The notes under the pieces: generated by a model
The model's input: only the letters and a program-made list of their open reading frames with translations
Databases searched by the model: none
Told to the model about the DNA's origin: nothing
Shown: piece by piece, positions 1-10,342 of the stretch
Layout: every line of letters starts with the position of its first letter
Numbering within the stretch: position 1 is the stretch's first letter
IMG/VR virus record: IMGVR_UViG_3300032007_000001
Source of the DNA: a virus
Taxonomy: Duplodnaviria > Caudoviricetes
Strand: one strand, 5' to 3'
Length of the DNA: 64,000 nucleotides
Position numbers and translations under genes: made by a program

Positions 1-403
1 TTTCTTTGCCAGTCTTTTTTGTGCCATCTTCATTTTTTGCTTTTATTCCACCAAGAACTTTTGATTTTAATGTCATAACAGCATAATATGTAATTGGCAA
101 TTTTTCTTTTTTGGCAATCAATTGCATTACACCATGGAACATACTTAGTTTTTGAATTACTAATTTATTGGCTCCAACAAATGGTGCTTCTGCAGAAATC
201 CCATTTGGATGATACGTTTCAATAATCTGTTTTAATTTATTTTCAAAAAATACAAGTGTTTCTCCTATATCCATCCCATTTCTTTCTATTGTACCGTAAT
301 CTATCATTTTATATTTGTTTTCGCTAATATATTTTATTACACTCCAACCAGTTGATTGCGTTGAAATGTCCAATCCCAAAATAATAAAATTTTCAAATAA
401 CAA
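1..403 (-). CDS. ruvC: RuvC-like Holliday junction resolvase (partial, runs off window)
   Basis: Not in ORF track; manual translation from TTG at 403 (GGAGAG RBS): MLFENFIILGLDISTQSTGWSVI...YHPNGISAEAPFVG...KLSMFHGV; ILGLD..TGW and internal acidic motif typical of RuvC. Confidence 0.75.
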   Translation of the reverse strand, partial: MLFENFIILGLDISTQSTGWSVIKYISENKYKMIDYGTIERNGMDIGETLVFFENKLKQIIETYHPNGISAEAPFVGANKLVIQKLSMFHGVMQLIAKKEKLPITYYAVMTLKSKVLGGIKAKNEDGTKKTGKE

Positions 404-422
404 TGTAATACTCTCCAATCAT

Positions 423-451
423 AAAAAGAGGTGCGATTTTCACGCACCTCA
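423..451. terminator. Intrinsic terminator hairpin
   Basis: GAGGTGCG-ATTTTCA-CGCACCTC inverted repeat with flanking A run. Confidence 0.6.
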
Positions 452-456
452 TATTT

Positions 457-1365
457 TTAGAACGTTAATTTTACAATTAAAGAATTATCGTCTGTTTTTA
501 TAGAGGATACGAATCTAAAATCGATTGTATGATTATTAATCAATTCGGGGTATGCCTCATCTTTATACATAACTTTATTATCTTCAACTGCTAAAATTTC
601 AACTTTCGGCATCACACAAGCATTTGCGAAACCTTCACCCTGCGGAGTAAATACTTGATTAACATCAAAATCAATTGTAATTGAATATGCTGTTACATCA
701 TCTTCTCCCTCTACAGATTCTGGAGTTCCAATTTCATCAAGCTTAAACGCAATTGTTTGAACAACACCATTTATTGGAACGTTGATTGAATATGTCGTCC
801 CTTCATTTGAAACAGTTACTACAGAATTTGCTAAATAACTTGAATTTTCATTGTGACGCCAAATAAATGGATTTTGAATTTCACCAGTTCCAGGATTTGA
901 TGAACCAGGATTGTTTTCTACAGCTGTTAATCTATTACTAATACTTGTAATTTGTTGATTTGCAGTTGTAAACTTTTCATCAATTTCATCAGCAAAATTA
1001 TGTAAATCAACGTTTCTTGCATAATCTATCATTTGCTGAGATAATCCATTTAATGACGTTGGCAGGAATGCAATTTTTTCTCTATTGCAAATTAATCCAT
1101 CACCATTTAATGGCATAAATTCATGTTGTAAAGCTTCAACAGTTAAAATATCGTTACTTAATTCATCTATATTTGCCACTGTGAATACAGCAACTTCTTC
1201 ATTACCATTTTCATTTTCAACATTCGCAAATACATAATCTCCAATTGAGATGTCATTCATTGAATAATTCATGTATGCGTCTGTGAAACGAATTGTTAAG
1301 TTATATTGATTTGATGAGATATTTTCTATATTTAAGATAGCTATTTTTCCATTAAAAATTTTCAC
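457..1365 (-). CDS. Putative virion structural protein
   Basis: Short coiled coil (ITSISNRLTAVENNPGS) plus Pro/Gly linker; downstream of the fibre-like gene and with a similar C-terminus (VKLTF vs VKITY). Confidence 0.45.
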   Translation of the reverse strand: MKIFNGKIAILNIENISSNQYNLTIRFTDAYMNYSMNDISIGDYVFANVENENGNEEVAVFTVANIDELSNDILTVEALQHEFMPLNGDGLICNREKIAFLPTSLNGLSQQMIDYARNVDLHNFADEIDEKFTTANQQITSISNRLTAVENNPGSSNPGTGEIQNPFIWRHNENSSYLANSVVTVSNEGTTYSINVPINGVVQTIAFKLDEIGTPESVEGEDDVTAYSITIDFDVNQVFTPQGEGFANACVMPKVEILAVEDNKVMYKDEAYPELINNHTIDFRFVSSIKTDDNSLIVKLTF

Positions 1366-1377
1366 TTATCTCACCTC

Positions 1378-3873
1378 TCAATATGTAATTTTTACAACAA
1401 CTGGGGCTTGATTTCCGAAAGAAACTGCACATTCACAATAATGCGGATTATTGTCATCAGGATAGAATACATTCGTTCCTGGTTTTGTAGCTCCTTTCGA
1501 ACCCATCAATTGCATATAGAATACGTTGGCATAATTATAATCTAATGCATCTGTAACAGCTGAAGAAGAATCATAATCAATACTAATTCTATTGTTGCTT
1601 GGAATATCTTCAGCTGCAATGCTAAATCTTACAGACTGAACAAACTTACTCTTTGTAATTACAACATTTGCACCATTCTTTTCAAATGTAAGAGCATCTT
1701 CATCATATGCTAAGAATTTGCAACCGTTGCTTTCAAATTCCTGAAGTTCTTTTGGTTCAGCTGGTTCGCTCGAACCAGAACCTGCTGGCATATCGACATA
1801 TTCAAGTTTATCGTCTGTAGCATTATAAGAAATAACCTTGCCAGCACCAATGTTGCTTTCATCTATTTCTTTCGTACCAAGTAAACCATTGTTTATGTCA
1901 TTTGAATTTGCTTTACTAGATAAAAGTTCGTTAACTTCTGTTTTATTATATACATTTGCAACAAGATTATCAACTTCTGACTTAGTATAAGCATTGTCAG
2001 GAGTTAATAATGTTGGCTTATTAAGAACATTATCCCATGTAACCGAACCAGTGCTTGAACCGGAACCATTTGTCATGCAAATGAAGTTTCCGCCATAATA
2101 CAGATAGGTTGCTTTTCCAGTAACACCATCTGGGTCTCCAGCTGCATCCAATACAACGTAATGACCGCCTTCAACTCTTTCATCTTCTGGAATTGTAATT
2201 AAATCTGTATATGTATCAATTAATATGATATTGCTGCCTTCGCCTTTTACTTCATCAGGAATATATTCTACTGGAATTTTTCCTTCGTTATTTAATGGAG
2301 CATATCCATTAGCTTGGCCTTTCTTTGAAGAATCTTCTGGAGTAAAATCAAGTTTATCTTGTTTATTATCCCAAGCTTCAATTTGCGTATCGCTGACAAA
2401 TTTATGTGCAGTATCTGTAATGATACTTCCAGAAGTATGATTATGGTCAAGTAATGCTTTCGTTGATAATAAACTATCTACTTCTGTTTTTGTATAAACA
2501 TCCGCAGATACTCCACCAGAAATTAAAGCAAGTTTGCTATCAATAGCTTCCTTAGTATAAACTCTATCTTTATCAGCTTTACCATCTAATGCTTCATGAG
2601 TAGCGAGTGCATCAGCTTTATTACTTAACATTGCATCTAATGATATTCTTGTATAAGTACTCGTTACAACATTTTGCAAAAGAGAATCTATTTCTGATTT
2701 CTTATAAAAAGCATTTGGATTAAAAGCCTTAAGACTGTCAATATCCAATTCTGTGATAAGATTATTAACTTCTTCTTTATTGTAGTAAGAAGCTAAGAAT
2801 GTATCTATATCAAGTTTTGAATATGTTTGAGCAGCATTTGCTTTTACACCGAGGAATGAATCAATTTGTGCTCTTGTATATGTATCAAGCATTGTATCGC
2901 TCAAAGAACTCTTTGTTACGAAAATGCTGTTGATATCATCCTTAGAATATGTACTTTCTAAATCTAATTTGTTTTCTAATTTTTCAAGTACTTCTTCTTT
3001 TGTGAAGTAATTATTTAATTCTTCATTATCAACTTTATTATCAATTGATAAATATTTTGGGTCATTTGCAGCCACAGCAATAGCTTCGTCTTCTGTATCT
3101 GTTGTAAGTTTTACTGTGCCATATTCAAGCGTTGATGCATGAGTAATGGCAGATACAATATCACTGGCACCTAATGGCAACCAATTTGAACCATCATTTG
3201 TATATTGCCATTCGTCCAAATCTTCATTATACTTAATACCAACTTTTGGTTGCGAACCTCTGTTTACAAATAATCCGCAATGTTCTACTGGAACACCAGT
3301 ATCGTCAATATTTAATGTAAATGAAGCAGAAACTGTACCATTATAATTTGCTTTTCCATCTACAAGATTTTGAACATCTGATGACGAAAGTTTTTCATCT
3401 AATGCATCTTGTAAACCAGTAATAGCACTTATACTATGGCTGTTTTCTTTGTTACGATTTTGAAGCTGAGCGTGCTGTGAAGGATAACCTCCAACTGCAT
3501 ACATTGGTCTTGCATCATATACCATATCATTGGTAATCATATTGGTAGATGACTTAACATAAACCAATGCTATAGGTAACATGTTTTGCGTAAGAGTTGG
3601 ACATTCTGGATTGTTTGGTGCTGCAATACCGTTAACCAATACAACTCTTCCGGCTGAGTTTAATGCAACTATTACCCATTTTGCTCCAGATTTTGGAGCT
3701 GTAATTTTTGGAGAAACGCCTCCAGCATATTCTACTAACTTTTCATTGTTAATCCAATATGAACCTTCTCTTATTTTTATGGTCATATCTGGAGTATCGT
3801 TAGCAGAAGGCTGGAACATCATGTTTGCATAGTTGCCACGGCGAAAATCATCGCCCTTTGGTGGTCTATTCAC
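1378..3873 (-). CDS. Long tail-fibre-like/structural protein with YTKxExDxLL repeats
   Basis: About ten repeats of YTKxE(V/I)DxLLxxKA, HSISAITGLQDALD and GYAPLNNEGKIP motifs common in phage fibres; likely GTG start at 3873 after GAGGTG RBS (track starts 3918). Confidence 0.65.
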   Translation of the reverse strand: MNRPPKGDDFRRGNYANMMFQPSANDTPDMTIKIREGSYWINNEKLVEYAGGVSPKITAPKSGAKWVIVALNSAGRVVLVNGIAAPNNPECPTLTQNMLPIALVYVKSSTNMITNDMVYDARPMYAVGGYPSQHAQLQNRNKENSHSISAITGLQDALDEKLSSSDVQNLVDGKANYNGTVSASFTLNIDDTGVPVEHCGLFVNRGSQPKVGIKYNEDLDEWQYTNDGSNWLPLGASDIVSAITHASTLEYGTVKLTTDTEDEAIAVAANDPKYLSIDNKVDNEELNNYFTKEEVLEKLENKLDLESTYSKDDINSIFVTKSSLSDTMLDTYTRAQIDSFLGVKANAAQTYSKLDIDTFLASYYNKEEVNNLITELDIDSLKAFNPNAFYKKSEIDSLLQNVVTSTYTRISLDAMLSNKADALATHEALDGKADKDRVYTKEAIDSKLALISGGVSADVYTKTEVDSLLSTKALLDHNHTSGSIITDTAHKFVSDTQIEAWDNKQDKLDFTPEDSSKKGQANGYAPLNNEGKIPVEYIPDEVKGEGSNIILIDTYTDLITIPEDERVEGGHYVVLDAAGDPDGVTGKATYLYYGGNFICMTNGSGSSTGSVTWDNVLNKPTLLTPDNAYTKSEVDNLVANVYNKTEVNELLSSKANSNDINNGLLGTKEIDESNIGAGKVISYNATDDKLEYVDMPAGSGSSEPAEPKELQEFESNGCKFLAYDEDALTFEKNGANVVITKSKFVQSVRFSIAAEDIPSNNRISIDYDSSSAVTDALDYNYANVFYMQLMGSKGATKPGTNVFYPDDNNPHYCECAVSFGNQAPVVVKITY

Positions 3874-3994
3874 GTGAAAGTTCACCTCGTTATAACGATT
3901 TTTATGTTTTGTGCACAAACATTTTTTTCTTTATTACACTTTCAAAAATAGAATATAAAAATAGTCATTGAAAATTTTGTTTGTATGCAAAAAG

Positions 3995-4023
3995 TTTACG
4001 AAACGCAAAAATTTTGATATAAT
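3995..4023 (+). promoter_or_regulatory. Sigma70/SigA-type early promoter
   Basis: TTTACG-N17-TATAAT with TG extended -10. Confidence 0.6.
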
Positions 4024-4047
4024 CAAATATACAACGAGGTGATAAAT

Positions 4048-4761
4048 ATGATTTTCGTAACCGGAGATTTACACGGAAGCAACGATATAGGGAAAATAAA
4101 TCCAAGAAGTAAATTCAGAAGAACATATAAAGATTTAACAAAAAAAGACTATCTTATTATTTGTGGCGATTTTGGAGTTATTTGGAGAGCTGCTCCAGAT
4201 GATGAAGAAAAGAGATTATTAAATTACTTAACAAATGAATGTCCATGGACAACGCTTTTTATTGACGGAAATCACGAAAATTTTGAAAGATTAAAGCAAT
4301 ATAAAGTTAGTACATGGAAAGGCGGAAAAATACAAAAAATAACAGATAGCGTATACCACCTGTTAAGAGGAGAAATATTCAAAATAGAAAACAAAACATT
4401 CTTTACATTTGGCGGAGGAAAATCTTACGACCAAGATATGAGAACACCTTATGTAAGTTGGTGGCCAGATGAAATCCCAAATTACGAAGAATTTAAGAAT
4501 GGATTTGAAAATTTATTAAAACACAAAAAAACAGTTGATTACTTCATAACTCATACATGTTCTAGAGAAGTTATGAATTTATTCATCAAAAAGAAAGTAT
4601 TTTATGATATTTGGGAAGATAGCACATTTACAACAATCGGTTCACTTGCTGATTTTGCAACGATAAAAAAACATTGGTTTTTCGGACATTTTCATAAAGA
4701 CGTTCAATTGGATGAAAAAATAACATGTTTATATAACAAAGTCATAAAATTGGACGATTAA
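4048..4761 (+). CDS. Calcineurin-like metallophosphoesterase
   Basis: GDLHG, GDFG, DGNHEN, THT and GHFH motifs. Confidence 0.85.
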   Translation: MIFVTGDLHGSNDIGKINPRSKFRRTYKDLTKKDYLIICGDFGVIWRAAPDDEEKRLLNYLTNECPWTTLFIDGNHENFERLKQYKVSTWKGGKIQKITDSVYHLLRGEIFKIENKTFFTFGGGKSYDQDMRTPYVSWWPDEIPNYEEFKNGFENLLKHKKTVDYFITHTCSREVMNLFIKKKVFYDIWEDSTFTTIGSLADFATIKKHWFFGHFHKDVQLDEKITCLYNKVIKLDD

Positions 4762-4785
4762 AAAAGAGTGGCATAAACCACTCTT
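4761..4785. terminator. Bidirectional terminator between convergent genes
   Basis: AAGAGTGG-CATAAA-CCACTCTT. Confidence 0.6.
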
Positions 4786-5068
4786 ATATTTTGTCATTTT
4801 TACTGAAAGAAACATCTCCAGTATTTTCATTTATAATCATGATAATTGAACCGAAATCCTGAGTATTTTGAAATAGCCCATTCAAAAACCCAAGCATACC
4901 TAAACTAAATTTATTTTTCTCCTCATGTACATTTGTATATCTATCATTTACTATAGAATCATTACACAATTCTCTGTGCAAACATAATTTTTTTATGCAT
5001 TCGTTATCTTTTCTTGCAAGAGAATTCAAAAAATCTATAGTATCATCAATCGAAACAACTGGCCTCAT
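4784..5068 (-). CDS. Hypothetical protein
   Basis: 94 aa ORF directly downstream of dnaE-C with GGAG RBS. Confidence 0.55.
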   Translation of the reverse strand: MRPVVSIDDTIDFLNSLARKDNECIKKLCLHRELCNDSIVNDRYTNVHEEKNKFSLGMLGFLNGLFQNTQDFGSIIMIINENTGDVSFSKNDKI

Positions 5069-5069
5069 G

Positions 5070-7508
5070 CTATACTCCTTTTACGGATTTTGCGGTAATG
5101 CCTCCAAATCCCTTTTCGCCATCTATTATGATGAGATTTCCAGGCTGCAATAATTCCATATTCCTTACATACATGTTACCCCATACAATCACCCTGATTG
5201 TTTCCAATGGACCCAATAAATACAAACGATAATAATTTTTTCCTTTAGCTGTTTTCCTCGTTTCAATATTTTTAATAATTCCGCCAGTTTCTACCATTTC
5301 ACCATCTTTATATTCATCTAACATATGAATTCCAGGATGTTCCATCGGATGACGAATAAAAGATACTTCAAATTTTGTCATTTCTTCTATATATGCTTTA
5401 TTTTTATTGAATCTTACATTTTTCATTGTTTCTTTTGCTTTATCAAATGCATATGTAAATTTATCTATTTCTTCTACTTTTACATTATCTTTTTTGAATA
5501 TGCCTTTAGGCTTACATCTCGTTGCTTCTACTTCTTCAATTGTCTTTCCAAACCTTTCAAGCATGTTTTCTGGAACAACAACAAAACCCTTTTTAGCTTT
5601 TTCTTCTATTAAATCTCCTTCATCAAACTCGTCCAATAATGGTTGACATACTGTGGACAAATCAACTAAATAATTAGGAATTGATTTCTTTTCATTGCTT
5701 TCTCTATATGCATTCAGCCATATCATAATTTGTTTGCGATTCATATACACAAGACATTTATCATCTTTATCAATTACATTAAAAAATTCTCTATCATCTT
5801 CGTTTATTTGACTTGCATTTACTTCCAATGGCACATTATCAAATGCACCAATTTCCATACATACTTCTACGTTCTTTTTATTATGTCCTTGTGCACCTGT
5901 TTTCTCATAAAATTCTTGAATCGTATTAAATGGCTGAGCTGACATTATATCATTGCATCCGGCTTCGCCCAATCCCTTTATGCATTTCAATCCCATTCTT
6001 ATTTCATTCGTTTCAACGTTTTCAATTTCTGCATTGAATTTTGAAATTGAAATATCTGGAGGATTGATTTGCATACCAAAAGCTCTTGCTTCTTGCATAC
6101 ATGTTCCATAATGTTCCATTGGTTCATTATTAAAAAGAACAGTAAAAAATACTAATGGATAATTTGCTTTTACCCATGCACACCAAAAACTAATATACGA
6201 ATAACACATACTGTGACTCTTGTTAAAGAGATAAGCAGAATTATCAATAATAGATTTTGCTATAAATTCACATGCTTCTTTAGGTATTCCTCGTTTTGTA
6301 CCTGATTCAACTGCTTCTTTTTGGAATTGTTCTACCAATGGCTTGTTTTTAGGTTTATCAGGCTTTTCCAAAGCTCTTCTAAATATATCTGCTTCACCAA
6401 AGTCAATGCCTAATAATTCTGCTATTAGACCCATAACCTGTTCTTGATAAACTATACCTCCCATTGTTGGAGCTAATATTTTATCAAATGATGGCCATAT
6501 TTTTCTTAATTTACTTGGGTCTTTTTTAGCTGCGCAATATTCATCCAATCCAGAAGTACCTGGACGAATAAAAGCATTGACAGCTGAAAGTTCTTCCATA
6601 TTTCTTGGCTTAATTTTTTGTATAACTGGTTTTGCAGCTATTCCATCCATCTGGAAAACACCGCGAAGATATTTAGCATCACATATTAAATCCCAAGTCT
6701 TTTCATCATTTATTGGAATTGACATTGTGTGATATTCTTTATTGTAATACTTATTTATCAATTCTAATTCATCATATATGATATCCATTGTCCGTAAACG
6801 AAGAATATCATATTTCATTCCGCCAATTTGTTCAATTTCGTCTTTGCAATAAGCAGATTTATACCATGTATTTCCCGATTTTGTTTCTGCTGCTGGAACT
6901 ACTGGTGTTAAATCTGTTATTTCAAATTCTTCTGGTGCAATAATAATTCCAGCTGGATGTTGGCTAACTGATTTCGGAAGATTTAAGAATAATTTCATGT
7001 AATCTTTAATATGATATTGCTCATATTTTTTGAAAAAATCTACAATTTCAGGTATATCTTTTATATCATCAAATTTTTTAGCATCAGCATCTATTTTTTT
7101 AGCGGCTTTATCAACTTCATCTAATGGAATATCAAAAACTCTAGCTATATCTCTTATTGCAGCTCTTGGCTTCATATATTGAAACGTGGAGATATTGCAA
7201 CAATGATTTTGTCCAAACGTTTTATTTATGTAGTCATATATTTCATCACTTCGTTGATAAGAACTATCATTATCAATATCTGGCACGTGGCCTTTACGCT
7301 TTGGATTTAAGAAACGTTCAAAAATCAAATCATATTCCATTGGGTCAACTTGTGTAATATCCAATGCATAATTCAAAAGAGCTCCAGCACCGGAATTATG
7401 TACCACAAGCCCATCTATATTATATGAATGTACATTTTCAACTTCTAAATCATAAATTTTTCCTTTATACTGAAATGTTTCTTTTTTTGTCAGCCTTTTA
7501 TATTTCAT
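5070..7508 (-). CDS. dnaE: DNA polymerase III alpha, C-terminal part, with N-terminal split-intein IntC
   Basis: SGAGALLNYALDITQVDP, FERFLNP, PDIDND catalytic motif, HPAG, FNKSHS, C-terminal OB fold; first 38 aa are an intein C-fragment ending HN. Confidence 0.93.
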   Translation of the reverse strand: MKYKRLTKKETFQYKGKIYDLEVENVHSYNIDGLVVHNSGAGALLNYALDITQVDPMEYDLIFERFLNPKRKGHVPDIDNDSSYQRSDEIYDYINKTFGQNHCCNISTFQYMKPRAAIRDIARVFDIPLDEVDKAAKKIDADAKKFDDIKDIPEIVDFFKKYEQYHIKDYMKLFLNLPKSVSQHPAGIIIAPEEFEITDLTPVVPAAETKSGNTWYKSAYCKDEIEQIGGMKYDILRLRTMDIIYDELELINKYYNKEYHTMSIPINDEKTWDLICDAKYLRGVFQMDGIAAKPVIQKIKPRNMEELSAVNAFIRPGTSGLDEYCAAKKDPSKLRKIWPSFDKILAPTMGGIVYQEQVMGLIAELLGIDFGEADIFRRALEKPDKPKNKPLVEQFQKEAVESGTKRGIPKEACEFIAKSIIDNSAYLFNKSHSMCYSYISFWCAWVKANYPLVFFTVLFNNEPMEHYGTCMQEARAFGMQINPPDISISKFNAEIENVETNEIRMGLKCIKGLGEAGCNDIMSAQPFNTIQEFYEKTGAQGHNKKNVEVCMEIGAFDNVPLEVNASQINEDDREFFNVIDKDDKCLVYMNRKQIMIWLNAYRESNEKKSIPNYLVDLSTVCQPLLDEFDEGDLIEEKAKKGFVVVPENMLERFGKTIEEVEATRCKPKGIFKKDNVKVEEIDKFTYAFDKAKETMKNVRFNKNKAYIEEMTKFEVSFIRHPMEHPGIHMLDEYKDGEMVETGGIIKNIETRKTAKGKNYYRLYLLGPLETIRVIVWGNMYVRNMELLQPGNLIIIDGEKGFGGITAKSVKGV
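7395..7508 (-). mobile_element. Split intein C-fragment (IntC, 38 aa)
   Basis: MKYKRLTKKETFQYKGKIYDLEVENVHSYNIDGLVVHN|S: block F (YDLEV) and block G (HN, +1 Ser). Confidence 0.92.
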
Positions 7509-7511
7509 AAT

Positions 7512-7652
7512 TTATTCCTTTTCTTTACTTTCATAAAGTGATTTAAGTTCAAGTAACCATTTTTTTAATTGTAAATGCTCGTCTATACATTCTTTACAAG
7601 TCATTGTTTTAACTTTATCATCTATATGTGCAATGGCTTCTTCTAAAGACAT
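7512..7652 (-). CDS. Small hypothetical phage protein (46 aa)
   Basis: Not in track; MSLEEAIAHIDDKVKTMTCKECIDEHLQLKKWLLELK..., AAAGGAG RBS, abuts dnaE-C. Confidence 0.6.
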   Translation of the reverse strand: MSLEEAIAHIDDKVKTMTCKECIDEHLQLKKWLLELKSLYESKEKE

Positions 7653-7748
7653 ACTAACAACTCCTTTCGTTATATGTTATTTTATAAAATTAAAGAATAA
7701 AAATTTTTCTAAAATAAAATCGAATAACATATTCTGGAGGAAATAAGG

Positions 7749-8690
7749 TTGAAAGAAAAATCAAAATTAAATAAAACAATAGATATATCAATAGAAGAAG
7801 GCAAGCAATATCTCGAACGTTGTATAAAAATAGAACATCAAGTAACCATAAATGATATTCTTAACAAAACAATAATAGGCAATACATTTGATGTATTAAA
7901 AAATCTGCCAAGCAATTTCGTCGATTTACTTATTGTAGACCCTCCATATAATATAAACAAAGATTTTCATGGACAAAAATTCAAAAAAGAATCTGATGAA
8001 AGTTATGAAGAATATACAGAAACTTGGATTAATACTGTAGAACATACATTAAAAGATAATGCTTCCATATATGTATGTTGTGATTGGAAATCAACATCAT
8101 CAATTTATAGAGCTTTGAAAAAACATTTTATTGTTCAGAATCGTATCACGTGGCAAAGAGAAAAAGGCCGTGGAGCTTTAATGAATTGGAAAAATGGCAT
8201 GGAGGATATTTGGTTTGCTACGAAATCTAAAAATTATACATTCAATGTAAACGATGTAAAAATAAGAAGAAAAGTAATGGCTACATATAAAGTAGATGGA
8301 AAACCCAAAGACTGGGAAGAGACCGAGGACGGAAATTTTAGAAATACATATCCATCTAATTTTTGGGACGATATTTCTATACCATATTGGTCAATGCCAG
8401 AAAACACAGCTCATCCAACTCAAAAACCAGAAAAACTTCTAGCAAAACTTATTCTTGCTAGTTCAAATAAAGATGATATTATCCTTGACCCATTTGTTGG
8501 TTCTGGTTCAACATCTGTAACTGCTAAGAAATTGGGAAGATATTATGTAGGAATAGAAATGAATCAACAATATTGTGTATGGGCTGAAAAGCGTATAGAA
8601 ATGGCAGACAAAGATATTGGAATTCAAGGATATGTCGATAATATATTTTGGGAAAGAAATACAACACCAGTACAGAAGAAAAAAGAATAG
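7749..8690 (+). CDS. DNA methyltransferase (N6-A/N4-C, beta class)
   Basis: DPPY catalytic motif precedes HPTQKP and DPFVGSGS SAM-binding motif. Confidence 0.9.
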   Translation: MKEKSKLNKTIDISIEEGKQYLERCIKIEHQVTINDILNKTIIGNTFDVLKNLPSNFVDLLIVDPPYNINKDFHGQKFKKESDESYEEYTETWINTVEHTLKDNASIYVCCDWKSTSSIYRALKKHFIVQNRITWQREKGRGALMNWKNGMEDIWFATKSKNYTFNVNDVKIRRKVMATYKVDGKPKDWEETEDGNFRNTYPSNFWDDISIPYWSMPENTAHPTQKPEKLLAKLILASSNKDDIILDPFVGSGSTSVTAKKLGRYYVGIEMNQQYCVWAEKRIEMADKDIGIQGYVDNIFWERNTTPVQKKKE

Positions 8691-8776
8691 AACAAATTTG
8701 TCTATAATAAACATGTTATTTTGCACTATTTTCTTTTAGTGTAAAAAATTTAATTTTATAAAAGAGGTCTTAAAAA

Positions 8777-9016
8777 ATGAAAAAGGAAACTATTGCCGCT
8801 ATTCTTGGATTTTTTGTTTGGGGATTGTTTTACGTTGAAAGAAGCAAGAAGATTTTCATGGCAATCGCCGGATTGTGCGTAGCAAGTTATGTATTAGTCA
8901 ACTTTGTTTCGCCAACCGCTGGTCTTATTGTAAATATTGCTGGTGCTTATCTTGGGCATAAGTGGATGAAGGAAAAGCTTGATGCTGAAGGCGAAACTAC
9001 AATGATCGAAGAGTAA
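8777..9016 (+). CDS. Small membrane protein
   Basis: 79 aa, two to three hydrophobic segments, RBS and downstream terminator. Confidence 0.6.
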   Translation: MKKETIAAILGFFVWGLFYVERSKKIFMAIAGLCVASYVLVNFVSPTAGLIVNIAGAYLGHKWMKEKLDAEGETTMIEE

Positions 9017-9022
9017 AAAATT

Positions 9023-9053
9023 AAAAGACGGTCTAAATTGACCGTCTTTTTTT
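9023..9053 (+). terminator. Intrinsic terminator
   Basis: AAAAGACGGTC-TAAATT-GACCGTCTTTTTT. Confidence 0.75.
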
Positions 9054-9100
9054 ATGTCACAAAATCAATCTATGTCTTATATTCCCTTAAAAAATTATAA

Positions 9101-9135
9101 AAACTATTTACATTTCTTCAAATTTGTTATATAAT
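9101..9135 (+). promoter_or_regulatory. Early promoter
   Basis: AAACTA-TTTACA-N17-TATAAT. Confidence 0.7.
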
Positions 9136-9162
9136 ATTGATAAATCAAAGGAGGTAGGCTAT

Positions 9163-9498
9163 ATGAATTATCTTGTATTCAAATTATCCATGCCTCATTG
9201 TGGGTCATGGAATAACAAATGGTCGTTGGAAAATGAAAATTTTACAATTGCAAAACGTTTTCGAAAATGTGATTTTGAAAAACTTCCCAATATAGTCGGA
9301 AAATATCATGAATATCGTTGGGATGATGGTTGGACAGCTGTTGTTAACGTACAACATCTTACAAATAGCAAAGATGTAAAACAACTAACCAAAAATTCAA
9401 AAGGCTTTTGTGGTTATGATTGGATGATTGACTCTTTACTAAAATTTGGAAAAATTATGCCAGAACAAGAACAAAAAAAGTATATGAAAGGAGAATAA
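9163..9498 (+). CDS. Conserved hypothetical phage protein
   Basis: LSMPHCGSWNNKWS and SKGFCGYDWMIDS motifs; ATG after GGAGGT RBS. Confidence 0.6.
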   Translation: MNYLVFKLSMPHCGSWNNKWSLENENFTIAKRFRKCDFEKLPNIVGKYHEYRWDDGWTAVVNVQHLTNSKDVKQLTKNSKGFCGYDWMIDSLLKFGKIMPEQEQKKYMKGE

Positions 9499-9500
9499 TT

Positions 9501-9866
9501 ATGAACTTCATACATGTAACCGAAAAAGATAAAAGTGTTTTGAAGGATTTGTACGACGATTCGGCGCTTACGATTGAAGGATTGGACTATGAAGATGAGT
9601 CAATGCAAGATTTTGTTGACATCGTTGACGGATGTGTTGGATTAAAAACAAACAACATTTACGTTATTTCTGGCAAAGTTATGAATAAAGTCTATCGTCT
9701 TACTGGAGACAATCGTTATCCCGATGATTTGCACATCGTTTCTATCAAACTTTCTGATATGAAAAACCCCAGTGAAATTATCATGAAGCGATTTGAATTC
9801 GGTGGAAGATGGTTTGACGACATTGTAGATAACAACAAACGCAGAGAAAAAGAAAAACATGGATAA
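9501..9866 (+). CDS. Hypothetical protein
   Basis: 121 aa, RBS, ends GGRWFDDIVDNN. Confidence 0.6.
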   Translation: MNFIHVTEKDKSVLKDLYDDSALTIEGLDYEDESMQDFVDIVDGCVGLKTNNIYVISGKVMNKVYRLTGDNRYPDDLHIVSIKLSDMKNPSEIIMKRFEFGGRWFDDIVDNNKRREKEKHG

Positions 9867-9869
9867 ATT

Positions 9870-9898
9870 AAAAGGCCAACAGTATGTTGGCCTTTTTA
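9870..9898. terminator. Bidirectional terminator
   Basis: AAAAGGCCAACA-GTA-TGTTGGCCTTTT. Confidence 0.75.
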
Positions 9899-9899
9899 A

Positions 9900-10235
9900 T
9901 TATTTTGCAACCATTTCCCATGATTTTTCAAATTCTTCTCTTAATTCATCGATGCAATCCTCACAATCGTTTTCAAACAAAGAAATCATTCTTTCGTAAG
10001 AATGGCTTTCAGCTTCCATTGATTTTATAATAGATTTCATTTTTTTACGAATATCATCTATATCGCTTTCGTCTGTTGCTGTTTCAAATTTATTGAATAA
10101 ATCATTAACATCTTTTTCAAAATCTTCTGCATCTTTTTTTGAAAGTTCAAGGAATTTTTGCATTAAAGACTTAAATTTATCAAATTTGCTAGCAGCCAAT
10201 TTATCCATTTCTGCTTGTTTTTTTAAGTGTTTCAT
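9900..10235 (-). CDS. Small acidic coiled-coil protein with MKHLKKQA leader
   Basis: First 8 residues identical to those of 46136..46456. Confidence 0.65.
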   Translation of the reverse strand: MKHLKKQAEMDKLAASKFDKFKSLMQKFLELSKKDAEDFEKDVNDLFNKFETATDESDIDDIRKKMKSIIKSMEAESHSYERMISLFENDCEDCIDELREEFEKSWEMVAK

Positions 10236-10342
10236 ATCTATGCTCCTGTTAAAAAATTTTTTTTACAATCTATTTCTAAAATATTTTGAATGGTTTATTA
10301 AATATTTTAATTAAGAGAAATTTTTTTATAGGAGTAAAAACT

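Noticed and set aside
1950-3010. CRISPR-like or DNA tandem repeat
   Set aside because: The periodicity is a protein-level YTKxExD repeat inside a coding gene; there are no identical DNA repeats with spacers
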